In this document: positions 18,215 through 27,211 of the stretch, one piece after another | How positions within the stretch are numbered: position 1 is the stretch's first letter | Layout: the number at the start of each line of letters is the position of its first letter | Source of the DNA: a candidate division WOR-3 bacterium | Lineage (GTDB): Bacteria; Hydrothermota; 32-111 | Assembly (NCBI GenBank): GCA_037481815.1 | Contig: JBBFKX010000002.1 | Location: 224,001 to 288,000, forward strand | DNA: 64,000 bases | Direction: 5' to 3' | Made by a program: the position numbers and the translations under genes | Notes under the pieces: generated by a model | Database searches by the model: none | What the model saw: only the letters and a program-made list of their open reading frames with translations | What the model was told of the DNA's origin: nothing

Positions 18215-19828
18215 CTACTCTGTCTTATCTGTGAAAATTATTCTTCTCTTTTCAACATCGATATCGACAACCTTAAGTTCAATTTCACTATCTTTAACAT
18301 ACTCGTTTGAAAGGTTCTCGGACTGTTTTGCTATCAATCTCTGTGGAATCAGCCCCTTTACTCCATCATCAAGTGTAACATATATACTTTTATCTTTTAT
18401 TTCTGTGATTTTTCCTTTTACTATGTCTCCTTCTCTATAATTCTCGATAGGATCCTTTTGAAGTTGTTTTATCCCAAGAGAGATCCTCTGTTTTTCATTA
18501 TCGATGTTAACAACAACACATTCGACCTCATCGCCAACCTTATAAAGATCCTCAATTTTCGAAACCTTGTTATCCCATGAGATATTTGAGATGTGTAAAA
18601 GGCCTTCTATTCCTGGAGATATTTCAACGAATGCACCAAATTTTTGAATCTTTGTGATCTTTCCTTTAACCTTCTGGCCAACACTGATACTATCATAAGG
18701 GTTATCACTCAACTGTTTTAAACCCAAAGATATCCTTTCATTCTTTTTGTCTATACTGAGAACTATCGCTTCAACAGTATCACCAACCTGCATTATCTCT
18801 TGTGGTTTTTTTACATGTTGTGTCCAGGACATCTCTGATATGTGAATCAGACCTTCAACACCTTTTTCTATTTCAACAAATGCTCCATAATCTTCTATTG
18901 AGACAACCTTTCCTTTGACCCTACTACCAACTGGATATTTTTCTTCAATGTTTTCCCATGGATATGGAGTCAACTGTTTCATACCAAGATTGATTCTTCC
19001 TTTTTCCCTGTTGATCGCTGTTATAACGACTTTGACCTTATCATTCAAACTCAAAATTTCTGAAGGATGAACCAATCTTCCCCACGACATATCTGTTATA
19101 TAAAGAAGCCCATCAACTCCCTTTTCAATTTCGATAAAAGCACCAAAATCTGTTATATTTTTTACAACACCTTCAACAATATCACCAACTTTAAGATTAT
19201 TTAAGAATTCAAACTTTTTGCTTTCCTTTTCACTCTCAAGTATCAACCTTCGTGAAACGACTATGTTTCTTCTCTTATAGTTTAACTTTATAACCCTGAA
19301 CTCTGTTTTTAAACCAATAAGAGCATTCATATCCTCAACAGGCTGAAGATCTATCTGTGAACCAGGTAAAAATGCCTCAACTCCCATCAGATCAACGATC
19401 ATTCCACCTTTGACCTGTTTTTTGATTATTCCAGTTATGTTCGTCCCCTTTTCATATGACTCGTTTATTTTTGGCCAGATATTGATAAACTGAGCCTTTT
19501 TCAGAGATATATCAGCAAAACCATCCTCATTCTCAAATGCCTCGAGAAAAACTGGCACTATATCTCCCACTTTAACCTTTTCAGGTTCACTGAAATCTGA
19601 AAGAGGTATGACACCTTCAGATTTTAAACCAACTTCGATGATAACATCTTTGTCTGTTATTCTGACCACTCTTCCGTTAACAACCCTTGATTGTTCATCC
19701 TCATCCTTTTTTGAGAAAATATCAAGGTCATAACTTTTGAATGAATCATCATAGAGTTTTTTCATCTGCTCTGCTGAAAAATCTCTGTTGATGATGATTT
19801 CGACCGATTCATTTCTTTTTTCTTCCAT
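18215..19828 (-). CDS. rpsA: 30S ribosomal protein S1
   Basis: Tandem S1 domains (AFLPGSQID, FGAF...DGLL.I.DMSWGR, EGLIHISEMSW, RISLG.KQ). Confidence 0.96.
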   Translation of the reverse strand: MEEKRNESVEIIINRDFSAEQMKKLYDDSFKSYDLDIFSKKDEDEQSRVVNGRVVRITDKDVIIEVGLKSEGVIPLSDFSEPEKVKVGDIVPVFLEAFENEDGFADISLKKAQFINIWPKINESYEKGTNITGIIKKQVKGGMIVDLMGVEAFLPGSQIDLQPVEDMNALIGLKTEFRVIKLNYKRRNIVVSRRLILESEKESKKFEFLNNLKVGDIVEGVVKNITDFGAFIEIEKGVDGLLYITDMSWGRLVHPSEILSLNDKVKVVITAINREKGRINLGMKQLTPYPWENIEEKYPVGSRVKGKVVSIEDYGAFVEIEKGVEGLIHISEMSWTQHVKKPQEIMQVGDTVEAIVLSIDKKNERISLGLKQLSDNPYDSISVGQKVKGKITKIQKFGAFVEISPGIEGLLHISNISWDNKVSKIEDLYKVGDEVECVVVNIDNEKQRISLGIKQLQKDPIENYREGDIVKGKITEIKDKSIYVTLDDGVKGLIPQRLIAKQSENLSNEYVKDSEIELKVVDIDVEKRRIIFTDKTE

Positions 19829-20699
19829 TTTTCTTTTCCTCCTTATCTATTTTTTTTAAATATTTTCTTACATCCTCTATTATCCAGTCAGGTGTTGATG
19901 CACCTGCAACTATTCCCACTTTTTCGCTTTTTAAAATTTTATTTTTCAAACTCTCAAGTTCTTTTGATGTTTCAATATGGAAGGTATCTTTGTTCAACTG
20001 GGAACATATCTGATACAACCTTTTTGTATTCCCGCTGTTTTTTCCACCTATTACAAGCATAAGATCAACCTTTTTGGCAACATCTATCGCTGATCTCTGC
20101 CTTAAAGATGTTGCACTACAGATTGTATTAACCACATATATCTCTTTAAAATGTTCCATCAGTTCGTTCACAATCTCCTTGAACTTTTCAAGTGATTGGG
20201 TTGTCTGAGATATTATGCCGATCTTTCTTGCTTTAATATTAAAAGTATGTTTTACATCCTCTTTTTTTTCAATTACAATACCTTTGTTGTCTATCTGACT
20301 GTTGATCGCAAGGACTTCTGGATGATCCTTTTCCCCGAATATAATAACCTGATAACCTTCTTTAAAAAGTTTTATAGCATAGTTGTGTGCATTCGCAACA
20401 AATGGACATGTAGCATCAATATACTCGATCTTTTTTCTTTTTAATTTTTCTAAAAGTTCCTTCTCAACACCATGTGTCCTCAAAATCAATTTCCCATCTT
20501 TCATCTCTGAAACATCTTTTAAAGGGAAAATCCCTTTTTCTTTCAAACTATCAACAACCTGAGGATTATGTATGATCGGGCCAAGGGTGTATAAAGGTTT
20601 TTCTTTTGAGTCCCTCTCAAGATCCTCAATTATTTTCATCGCCCTTTTAACACCAAAACAGAATCCAGAATTTTTAGCAACTATGATTTTCATTTCCAA
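19809..20699 (-). CDS. ispH: 4-hydroxy-3-methylbut-2-enyl diphosphate reductase
   Basis: GFCFGVKRA, IIHN, DATCPFV, HPEV, SQTT, TICSAT, AGASTP. Confidence 0.96.
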   Translation of the reverse strand: MEMKIIVAKNSGFCFGVKRAMKIIEDLERDSKEKPLYTLGPIIHNPQVVDSLKEKGIFPLKDVSEMKDGKLILRTHGVEKELLEKLKRKKIEYIDATCPFVANAHNYAIKLFKEGYQVIIFGEKDHPEVLAINSQIDNKGIVIEKKEDVKHTFNIKARKIGIISQTTQSLEKFKEIVNELMEHFKEIYVVNTICSATSLRQRSAIDVAKKVDLMLVIGGKNSGNTKRLYQICSQLNKDTFHIETSKELESLKNKILKSEKVGIVAGASTPDWIIEDVRKYLKKIDKEEKKNGRKKK

Positions 20700-21324
20700 G
20701 CCTCTCGATTTCTTTCATTATTATTGAAGTCACGATCTTTGAATTTTTTGAATTTGGTGGTAACTCAGGTAACACTATCGGTTCACCAACGATCAATTCG
20801 ATTCTATCCAATCTTAAAAGTTGTCTTAAAAATGGTTTGTCAGTATTTTTTAAAAATATTGGAATGATTTTCGCTCTACTCTTTAAAGCGATATACCCTA
20901 CACCACTTTTACCTTCAAGTAGTTTATCAGTCTTATTCCTTGTTCCTTCCGGAAAGATTACAAGATAGTTTTCATTCTCAAGTGCTTCCAGCGCCTTTTT
21001 TATTGCTGTTGCATCCATACCTGTTCTATCAAGCGGAATCGCATGCAAGATTTTTAAAATCTTTGTAAAAAATGGGTTTATCTGGAACAACTCTTTTTTT
21101 GCAAGAAGATAAACATCAAAACTTCTTCTAAAAGAATAGGCAAAGGTACCAACAAGTGGTGGATCGTTAAACGACCTATGGTTGGCAACAAGAATTAACT
21201 TTCTTTCTTTTAATTTTATTTTACCTTTTACCTTTGCACCGAGTAAAAAATGGTAATAGAAATTGGCAAGGAAATATATAAAATTATACGCCTGCCTTGC
21301 GCTTCTTCGCCTCCTGGATAACAA
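20674..21324 (-). CDS. plsC: 1-acyl-sn-glycerol-3-phosphate acyltransferase
   Basis: NHRSFND (HxxxxD), AKKELF, FPEGTR; TTG start uncertain, overlaps cmk. Confidence 0.85.
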   Translation of the reverse strand: MLSRRRRSARQAYNFIYFLANFYYHFLLGAKVKGKIKLKERKLILVANHRSFNDPPLVGTFAYSFRRSFDVYLLAKKELFQINPFFTKILKILHAIPLDRTGMDATAIKKALEALENENYLVIFPEGTRNKTDKLLEGKSGVGYIALKSRAKIIPIFLKNTDKPFLRQLLRLDRIELIVGEPIVLPELPPNSKNSKIVTSIIMKEIERLGNENHSC

Positions 21325-21958
21325 TGTCTATCTGTTCCTCCTTACTCAGATTAGTAGTATCAATCAGAATAGCATCTTCTGCCATTCTTAAAGGTGCATT
21401 TTCTCTGTTTCTGTCCCTGTTGTCTCTATCGATAATTTCCTGTTTCAATTTTTCAAAATCAACATCTATACCTTTTTCGATATACTCTTTGTATCGTCTT
21501 TTTGCCCTTTCTTCAACAGAACAATCGAAAAAGAATTTTAAATCAGCATCTGGAAAAACGACCGTTCCAATATCTCTTCCTTCAGCCACGAGCGAGTACT
21601 TTTTCCCCATCTCTCTCTGTAGTTTTACAAGTCGTTCTCTCACCTTAGAAAATGTAGATACTTTGGATGCTGTTTGAGAGATTTTTTCGTTTCTTATTTT
21701 ATCACTTATGTCTTCGCCATTTAAAAGAATTTTCAATTCGCCTGCGTTATTTTCAAGTTCTATTTTAACATTATCGACGATTTGATTTATTGCATCTTCA
21801 TCCTGTGGATCAATATTTTTTGAAAGAACATAGTAAGCGAACGCTCTATACATTGCACCTGTATCTAGGTAGGTTATGTTTAACTTTTTTGCAACACCTT
21901 TTGCTGTAGTTGTCTTACCACTTGCAGCAGGTCCATCTATCGCAATTATAAAATTCAT
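21284..21958 (-). CDS. cmk: cytidylate kinase
   Basis: IAIDGPAASGKTT, LDTGAMYR, EGRDIGTVVFPDA, RDNRD.NR..APL. Confidence 0.96.
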   Translation of the reverse strand: MNFIIAIDGPAASGKTTTAKGVAKKLNITYLDTGAMYRAFAYYVLSKNIDPQDEDAINQIVDNVKIELENNAGELKILLNGEDISDKIRNEKISQTASKVSTFSKVRERLVKLQREMGKKYSLVAEGRDIGTVVFPDADLKFFFDCSVEERAKRRYKEYIEKGIDVDFEKLKQEIIDRDNRDRNRENAPLRMAEDAILIDTTNLSKEEQIDIVIQEAKKRKAGV

Positions 21959-21992
21959 TCAATTATTATATTTATGATAATCTTTAAGTCAA
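21959..21992 (-). promoter_or_regulatory. sigma70-type promoter of the cmk operon, probably leaderless
   Basis: TTGACT (21992-21987), 16 nt, TATAAT (21970-21965), 6 nt, ATG. Confidence 0.7.
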
Positions 21993-22003
21993 CATTTAAT
22001 TTT

Positions 22004-25000
22004 TCATTTCAACAACAGGATTTTTTCCTTTATTTTTTTATTTTTATTTTTTAACTCTCCAACAAGAAAATAAGTTCCTTTCGATACATAAGAGTTTGAA
22101 TGGTTTTTTAAGTTCCATTTGAATATATAACCACCTCTTTCAATCTTACTATCAAAAATCGTTTTTACAAATGAACCTTTATTATCAACTATATAAAGTT
22201 TGAGTTCATCAAATACTGGAACGTTGACTTTGATTTTCACATCCTTTCCAAAGTTAAAACCATTAACAAGGTCCATTTTAAAAACTGTATCATTTCTTCC
22301 AAGGTTGTATGCTTGCTCAAATCCCTGATAACCGCAAACAAAATATCCACCTGTTTGATACGCTGATGATAAAGGATCATACACAAAAGCTCTCCAAAAG
22401 TAGGTTTTTCCAATTTCAAGTTCATTCTGTTCGTTAAGGGTTATCGAAGCGATTTCACCGGAAGCATAAGCAGGTTTACTCCATAAAGATGAATCAACTC
22501 TCATATCGAAATCTCTTACTATGTTTGAAAATAAAGAATCAGTAGATATTTCAATATGATATTTCAAAACTGTATCAGGATCAGCATCAGAAGCGGTCAT
22601 CGACAACGTCGGCCTATTAGAAACAATCTCTCCATTTACAGGTGAAAGAAGTATAAGATCTGTTGGTTTCGAATTTAAAACTATACCATCTGACTCTAAA
22701 ACATCAGAAAATATACCTGCGTTGTTTTCCGCAAAAAGATGTATGTGATAATTCACATATCTTACGACTCCACTTATTGATGCTCCATTAGCAAAAGTGT
22801 TAAGAGTGCAAACTTTTACCGTTTGGTGATCTGATGTTTTTAAGGAAACATAAAGTCCCTTTATACCACTCTCATCATCTTTTGGTATACCGTTCCACGA
22901 AAAATTCAGATTGTTTTTATAAGGTATCATTGTACCCTCATCAACAACAGGTCCTGAAATTCCATACGGCTTTGTTGAATCAACTGTAGCAAAAAGTGTT
23001 GCTTTCGAAACAATTCCATAGTTATCTTTAACCTCTATGAAAAGATTGTGATCCCTTCTATCAGCAAGAAGAGTACACTGGTATGTTGGTTGATATGGTC
23101 TGAAAATTCCTTTATCTATTATATTTTCAGAAAATCTAACAGAATCAGGAACTATAGATTTTGAAACATTCAAATATAGTGTTGGATATCTTGTAGAAAC
23201 ATACCTTGAGGTTGAATTGTTGAAAAGTGGATTAAAATTGATTCCATCTTTGTCATAATCGATATATTTTGTTATCGTTGAAGACCAGTTACCCATCTCA
23301 TCTTTAAATCTGACCGATATACCTTTGGTTCCCTCAAGTGTATCGGCAAATGGGAAAACAAGACCTGTAGTTACTGGAACGATCACTCCATTCACCTCTG
23401 CACTTATACTTTTTGAAAGGTCATCATAAGCATATAGATCCACTGTACAGTATGGGAGAGTTGTAAACAGAGCACCGTGGTTTACTGAAAGTGAACAGTT
23501 GTATGGTGGTTGATTGTCAAAAATAATGTTATCGTATATTTTCCCAAAACCTAATCCGTTTTTAAAAAACTGTCCATATACTGTTTTACTTCCCTGGTTT
23601 GTAGTCAAAGACCAGTTTATGTTCTCATAGTTTGAAAAGTAAGTGTTTCTTAAAGAAAAGTTTTCATAGTTTGATATCCATAAAGAATCTGGAGCTGAAT
23701 ATATTTTAAACGCAAGGTCTGTTACAACACCACCATAAGGATACCAGTTGCCCGCTGTTGGTGAATAATAGGTTTGTCCATCAGGATATGGGTTCATATA
23801 ACTTACCATACAAACACCATTAAAAGTTGAACCAAAAAGATCAGTGTAAAGAACAATATGATAAAGCGAATCTGGATCAACATTAACTGGAGGATTTAAA
23901 CTTATATATTTCCAGGAAGAATCGGATACAGGTGGCAGGAAACCATAACCTAACATTCTGTTCGGGATATGATAAGAACCCGATAGTGTATCAGAATAGA
24001 TTGCAGCATAAATACCAGGTGAATTTACATTCTTTGTAACTATTCCGATCGCTGAAATTTTATCAGTATGAGGTATAAAAGATTGTGCTAAAGGCATTCC
24101 TCCATACTCATACTCATAAGTTGTATTACTTGATGTTATGATCTTTGGAAAAGCTTTTACCGTAACATTTGTGTTGTTAGTATATTCAGAATCATCGTTT
24201 ATAGTTAAACTTCCTCTTTCAACAAAATTTATAGTTTTTTCAACTCTATCGCCTTCTATTTTTTCACTGTTGAAAAATTTTACATAGACAGTATAAACTC
24301 CAGGTTCAGATGGTATATCAATACTTATCCTGTCTGTGGTATAAGGAAGATCGTATTTTGTATAATCGAGGTATCCATTAACACCTGTCTCAACATATCT
24401 AACAGGGAAAAAAGAATCTGTTGCAACAAGATTCATCGAAACTTTTGGAGAAAATACTATCGTATCAGGATTAACTATGTTTCCATTTGGTCCATTTACA
24501 ACCATTATAAGAGAATCCTTAACAGGTGTTGATTGGTTTCCAGCAAGATCCTTAAAAGAATACCAGTAGTATGTCCAACCATTTGTTGCTGGCTTATCGA
24601 GAGGTAGATCGATCACTATAAAACTATCAATTCCAACATTTTTAATGTTGAATTCACTCCATGGCAAAAGGTTTGTTCTGATCAAAACTGAATAAAATCC
24701 TGAATAGTTGTCAGTTGCTTTGAATTTTACCTTTGGAGTTTTTAACCAACTAACGATATATTTTCCGTTACTATAATAGTAGTTATCAACATAGGTCCTT
24801 GTTCCAGTTGGAGGGATGGTATCATAACTGTTCAGAAAAAATTCTTTTGCTAGATGTTGATTTGAACCAACATGAATGTAAGTATAGAAGGGTTGAAAAG
24901 CAGGGTGTGTGACTTTAACAAGATATTTGAATGTGGTATCTGAAAGAGGCATTACTCTTTTGAATTTGAAATATCCAATGCTATCAGTGATCACATTATA

Positions 25001-26728
25001 ACTTCCCAAAGAAACTTTCGCGTTTGAAATGGGATCCCCTTTGGTGTTAAAAACTTTACCTTCGAGTGTTGAATAAACATTCATAGATACAGTATCAACA
25101 TATCCTGTTATCGGAATGTTGTTTGTAACAATATAAAATGAGGTTGGAGCATAGTTCGAAGTTGAGTCTGGAATAGCACTACATAAAACAGTGTCGTTTC
25201 CTGGACAATTTGCTGTAAAACAATTCAAAGAAGGGTAAAATTCTTTCACTCCATCGTTTGAACTTATCGTGAAACTCTTCACATCCATGAAAGCTTTATT
25301 CAAAGAATCAAGCAATGTCACCGTTAATAATTTCGTTGGTGGTACAACTGTTTCAACAAAAGAATAGGTGTTATTGGTATAAACTATCTCTTCCACATTT
25401 CTATCAGGATTGATTTCTGCAGTTATGTAATGATCACCAGGTGTAGAAAATGTATAATTAACAAAAGCCCACCCATAGCCTGTTGGGTATAAAGAATCTG
25501 TTTCAACCTCTAAAGTATCAATATTATCAATGACAATTCTTATAATGGTTTTATCTGACATATTATGATCATCGATGTTTGAATAAGAGATTCCTATTTG
25601 AGTTGAAATTCCTGCCTGGGTGAAAAGTACAGGATGTCCCCAATTATCAACAGAAAAAACTAGAATCTTGTCAATTTTCAAATCTGGTCTGAACAAAGGT
25701 TCTCCAACGACCTTTATTGGAATCTGTATATACTTATCATATTCAGATACCGGTATATCCCAGACAAGACTTCTAACACCAAGAAACTCATAAAAATCGT
25801 TATCAATCCAATATGTTGAAGCGATAGTGATCCCGAATGATGATAGAGCAAGTCCGATTCTTCTATAGAGATCAATATTATAGTATGGATTTCTTATATA
25901 TAGATATCCTTGTGAGTTTTGTAAAGCAAAAGAATCAACATAAACTTTCAAAAATAAGGTATCCTCTCTGCTATTTATGGTTCTTAAATAGATCGGAGAT
26001 TTAATAATACTTCCATCACCCTCGGTTAACATTAAAACCTTTCCATTTTCAATTTTAAATCCTCCACAAAGTTTTAATGATAATATATCGAAAAGTCCTA
26101 AAACATCTGAAGCACCAGAAGAACCATCATCTTTTGGAATAACACTCAAAGTATCCCCATCACTATCGACTATTGTAGCAACTTTACCACCACTTGAAGA
26201 TGCACCTTTTATATCTGGAATCAAACTTAAAAAATCAATATAATCATCACCTTTTGCTTTTTCTCCAGGATAAAATGGAGGATTATCACTCGATTCTATA
26301 TTTAGATTGAAATCAAATCCCAATGATGGACCAGTTGCCCATGTCCCGCCCAAAAGTCCAAACAATCTTGTTTTTATACCCACTCCAGCACACGCACCAA
26401 AATTTGAATATATGACCGGTTTTGAACCCTTAACTGGTTTTGTGATAATCTTAACACGCAACGATTCACCCTGAATAACCGAATCGGTGTCATAGATCAC
26501 ATGTATCTCAAGATCAGAATAAAGATTACATGAAGCAAGTCCAACTGCAAATTCAGCATATGCTTGATACCATTCCAAAGGATCAGTAATTGACTCATAA
26601 ATATCTATACCATCTCCAGAATTATTTTCACTATGTTTTAAAGGAATAGTTTTTTTATAATCTATAACAGTTGAATTTAAATAGATAAAAAAAACAAAGG
26701 ATAATACGAAAACAAAATATTTTCTCAT
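22004..26728 (-). CDS. large secreted multidomain protein (CARDB, carboxypeptidase-regulatory-like, Ig/Fn3 repeats, C-terminal FlgD-Ig/T9SS-like sorting domain)
   Basis: Signal peptide; PDLKIDKI...GDHYITAEINPDRNVEE..TNN; LEGKVFN.KG.PISNAKV; DTIPPTG / DNQPP / FKDxxGN repeats; C-terminus LYIVDNKG..VKTI...FKWN...SKGTYFL...KILLLK. Confidence 0.75.
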   Translation of the reverse strand: MRKYFVFVLSFVFFIYLNSTVIDYKKTIPLKHSENNSGDGIDIYESITDPLEWYQAYAEFAVGLASCNLYSDLEIHVIYDTDSVIQGESLRVKIITKPVKGSKPVIYSNFGACAGVGIKTRLFGLLGGTWATGPSLGFDFNLNIESSDNPPFYPGEKAKGDDYIDFLSLIPDIKGASSSGGKVATIVDSDGDTLSVIPKDDGSSGASDVLGLFDILSLKLCGGFKIENGKVLMLTEGDGSIIKSPIYLRTINSREDTLFLKVYVDSFALQNSQGYLYIRNPYYNIDLYRRIGLALSSFGITIASTYWIDNDFYEFLGVRSLVWDIPVSEYDKYIQIPIKVVGEPLFRPDLKIDKILVFSVDNWGHPVLFTQAGISTQIGISYSNIDDHNMSDKTIIRIVIDNIDTLEVETDSLYPTGYGWAFVNYTFSTPGDHYITAEINPDRNVEEIVYTNNTYSFVETVVPPTKLLTVTLLDSLNKAFMDVKSFTISSNDGVKEFYPSLNCFTANCPGNDTVLCSAIPDSTSNYAPTSFYIVTNNIPITGYVDTVSMNVYSTLEGKVFNTKGDPISNAKVSLGSYNVITDSIGYFKFKRVMPLSDTTFKYLVKVTHPAFQPFYTYIHVGSNQHLAKEFFLNSYDTIPPTGTRTYVDNYYYSNGKYIVSWLKTPKVKFKATDNYSGFYSVLIRTNLLPWSEFNIKNVGIDSFIVIDLPLDKPATNGWTYYWYSFKDLAGNQSTPVKDSLIMVVNGPNGNIVNPDTIVFSPKVSMNLVATDSFFPVRYVETGVNGYLDYTKYDLPYTTDRISIDIPSEPGVYTVYVKFFNSEKIEGDRVEKTINFVERGSLTINDDSEYTNNTNVTVKAFPKIITSSNTTYEYEYGGMPLAQSFIPHTDKISAIGIVTKNVNSPGIYAAIYSDTLSGSYHIPNRMLGYGFLPPVSDSSWKYISLNPPVNVDPDSLYHIVLYTDLFGSTFNGVCMVSYMNPYPDGQTYYSPTAGNWYPYGGVVTDLAFKIYSAPDSLWISNYENFSLRNTYFSNYENINWSLTTNQGSKTVYGQFFKNGLGFGKIYDNIIFDNQPPYNCSLSVNHGALFTTLPYCTVDLYAYDDLSKSISAEVNGVIVPVTTGLVFPFADTLEGTKGISVRFKDEMGNWSSTITKYIDYDKDGINFNPLFNNSTSRYVSTRYPTLYLNVSKSIVPDSVRFSENIIDKGIFRPYQPTYQCTLLADRRDHNLFIEVKDNYGIVSKATLFATVDSTKPYGISGPVVDEGTMIPYKNNLNFSWNGIPKDDESGIKGLYVSLKTSDHQTVKVCTLNTFANGASISGVVRYVNYHIHLFAENNAGIFSDVLESDGIVLNSKPTDLILLSPVNGEIVSNRPTLSMTASDADPDTVLKYHIEISTDSLFSNIVRDFDMRVDSSLWSKPAYASGEIASITLNEQNELEIGKTYFWRAFVYDPLSSAYQTGGYFVCGYQGFEQAYNLGRNDTVFKMDLVNGFNFGKDVKIKVNVPVFDELKLYIVDNKGSFVKTIFDSKIERGGYIFKWNLKNHSNSYVSKGTYFLVGELKNKNKKIKEKILLLK

Positions 26729-26748
26729 AATTCCTCCATTTTATTATA

Positions 26749-26776
26749 ATTTTAACAAAAAATAAGTTTAAATCAA
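26749..26776 (-). promoter_or_regulatory. sigma70-type promoter of the large secreted protein
   Basis: TTGATT (26776-26771), 16 nt ending in TGt, TAAAAT (26754-26749); GGAGG SD downstream. Confidence 0.5.
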
Positions 26777-26785
26777 TAAATCAAG

Positions 26786-26823
26786 TTGAAAAATTATTTT
26801 TTGTATATATAATAGATACAAAA
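26786..26823 (+). promoter_or_regulatory. gntR promoter overlapped by a palindromic operator
   Basis: TTGAAA (26786-26791), 16 nt, TATAAT (26808-26813); the -10 sits inside the 25-bp palindrome TTTTGTATATATAATAGATACAAAA (26799-26823, one mismatch). Confidence 0.72.
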
Positions 26824-26833
26824 TGGAGGAAAA

Positions 26834-27211
26834 ATGAATATTTTGATAGACACAGAATCACCAATTCCTGTCTACCAGCAAATAAAAAATCAACTGAAAG
26901 GAATGATAATATCAAAAGAACTTTCAAAAGGAGTAAAGATCCCGAGTATAAGAGATCTTGCATCAATGCTGGGAGTTTCGATCAACACGGTTGCAAGGGC
27001 ATACTATGAACTTGAAAAAGACGGATTTTTAAAACTCGATGGAAGAAGGGGAAGTGAAATAGTTGATAGCCCTGAACCCGATGAAAATCAGAAGAAAGAA
27101 TTTCTGGTAAAATTAACAGAAGAATACCTTTTAAGAACAAAAGAATTTTTATATTCAAAAGAAGAAATTTTGAAAATCGTTAAAGAAAAATATGATGAAA
27201 TCTATTATTGA
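26834..27211 (+). CDS. GntR family transcriptional regulator, YtrA subfamily
   Basis: PVYQQI, PSIRDLA..LGVSINTVARAY.ELE..G; short 125-aa protein with a helical C-terminus. Confidence 0.9.
   Translation: MNILIDTESPIPVYQQIKNQLKGMIISKELSKGVKIPSIRDLASMLGVSINTVARAYYELEKDGFLKLDGRRGSEIVDSPEPDENQKKEFLVKLTEEYLLRTKEFLYSKEEILKIVKEKYDEIYY

Noticed and set aside
18215..20699. IspH-RpsA fusion as in some Clostridia
   Set aside because: They are separate ORFs in different frames with a 20-nt overlap, and rpsA has its own AGGAGG SD.
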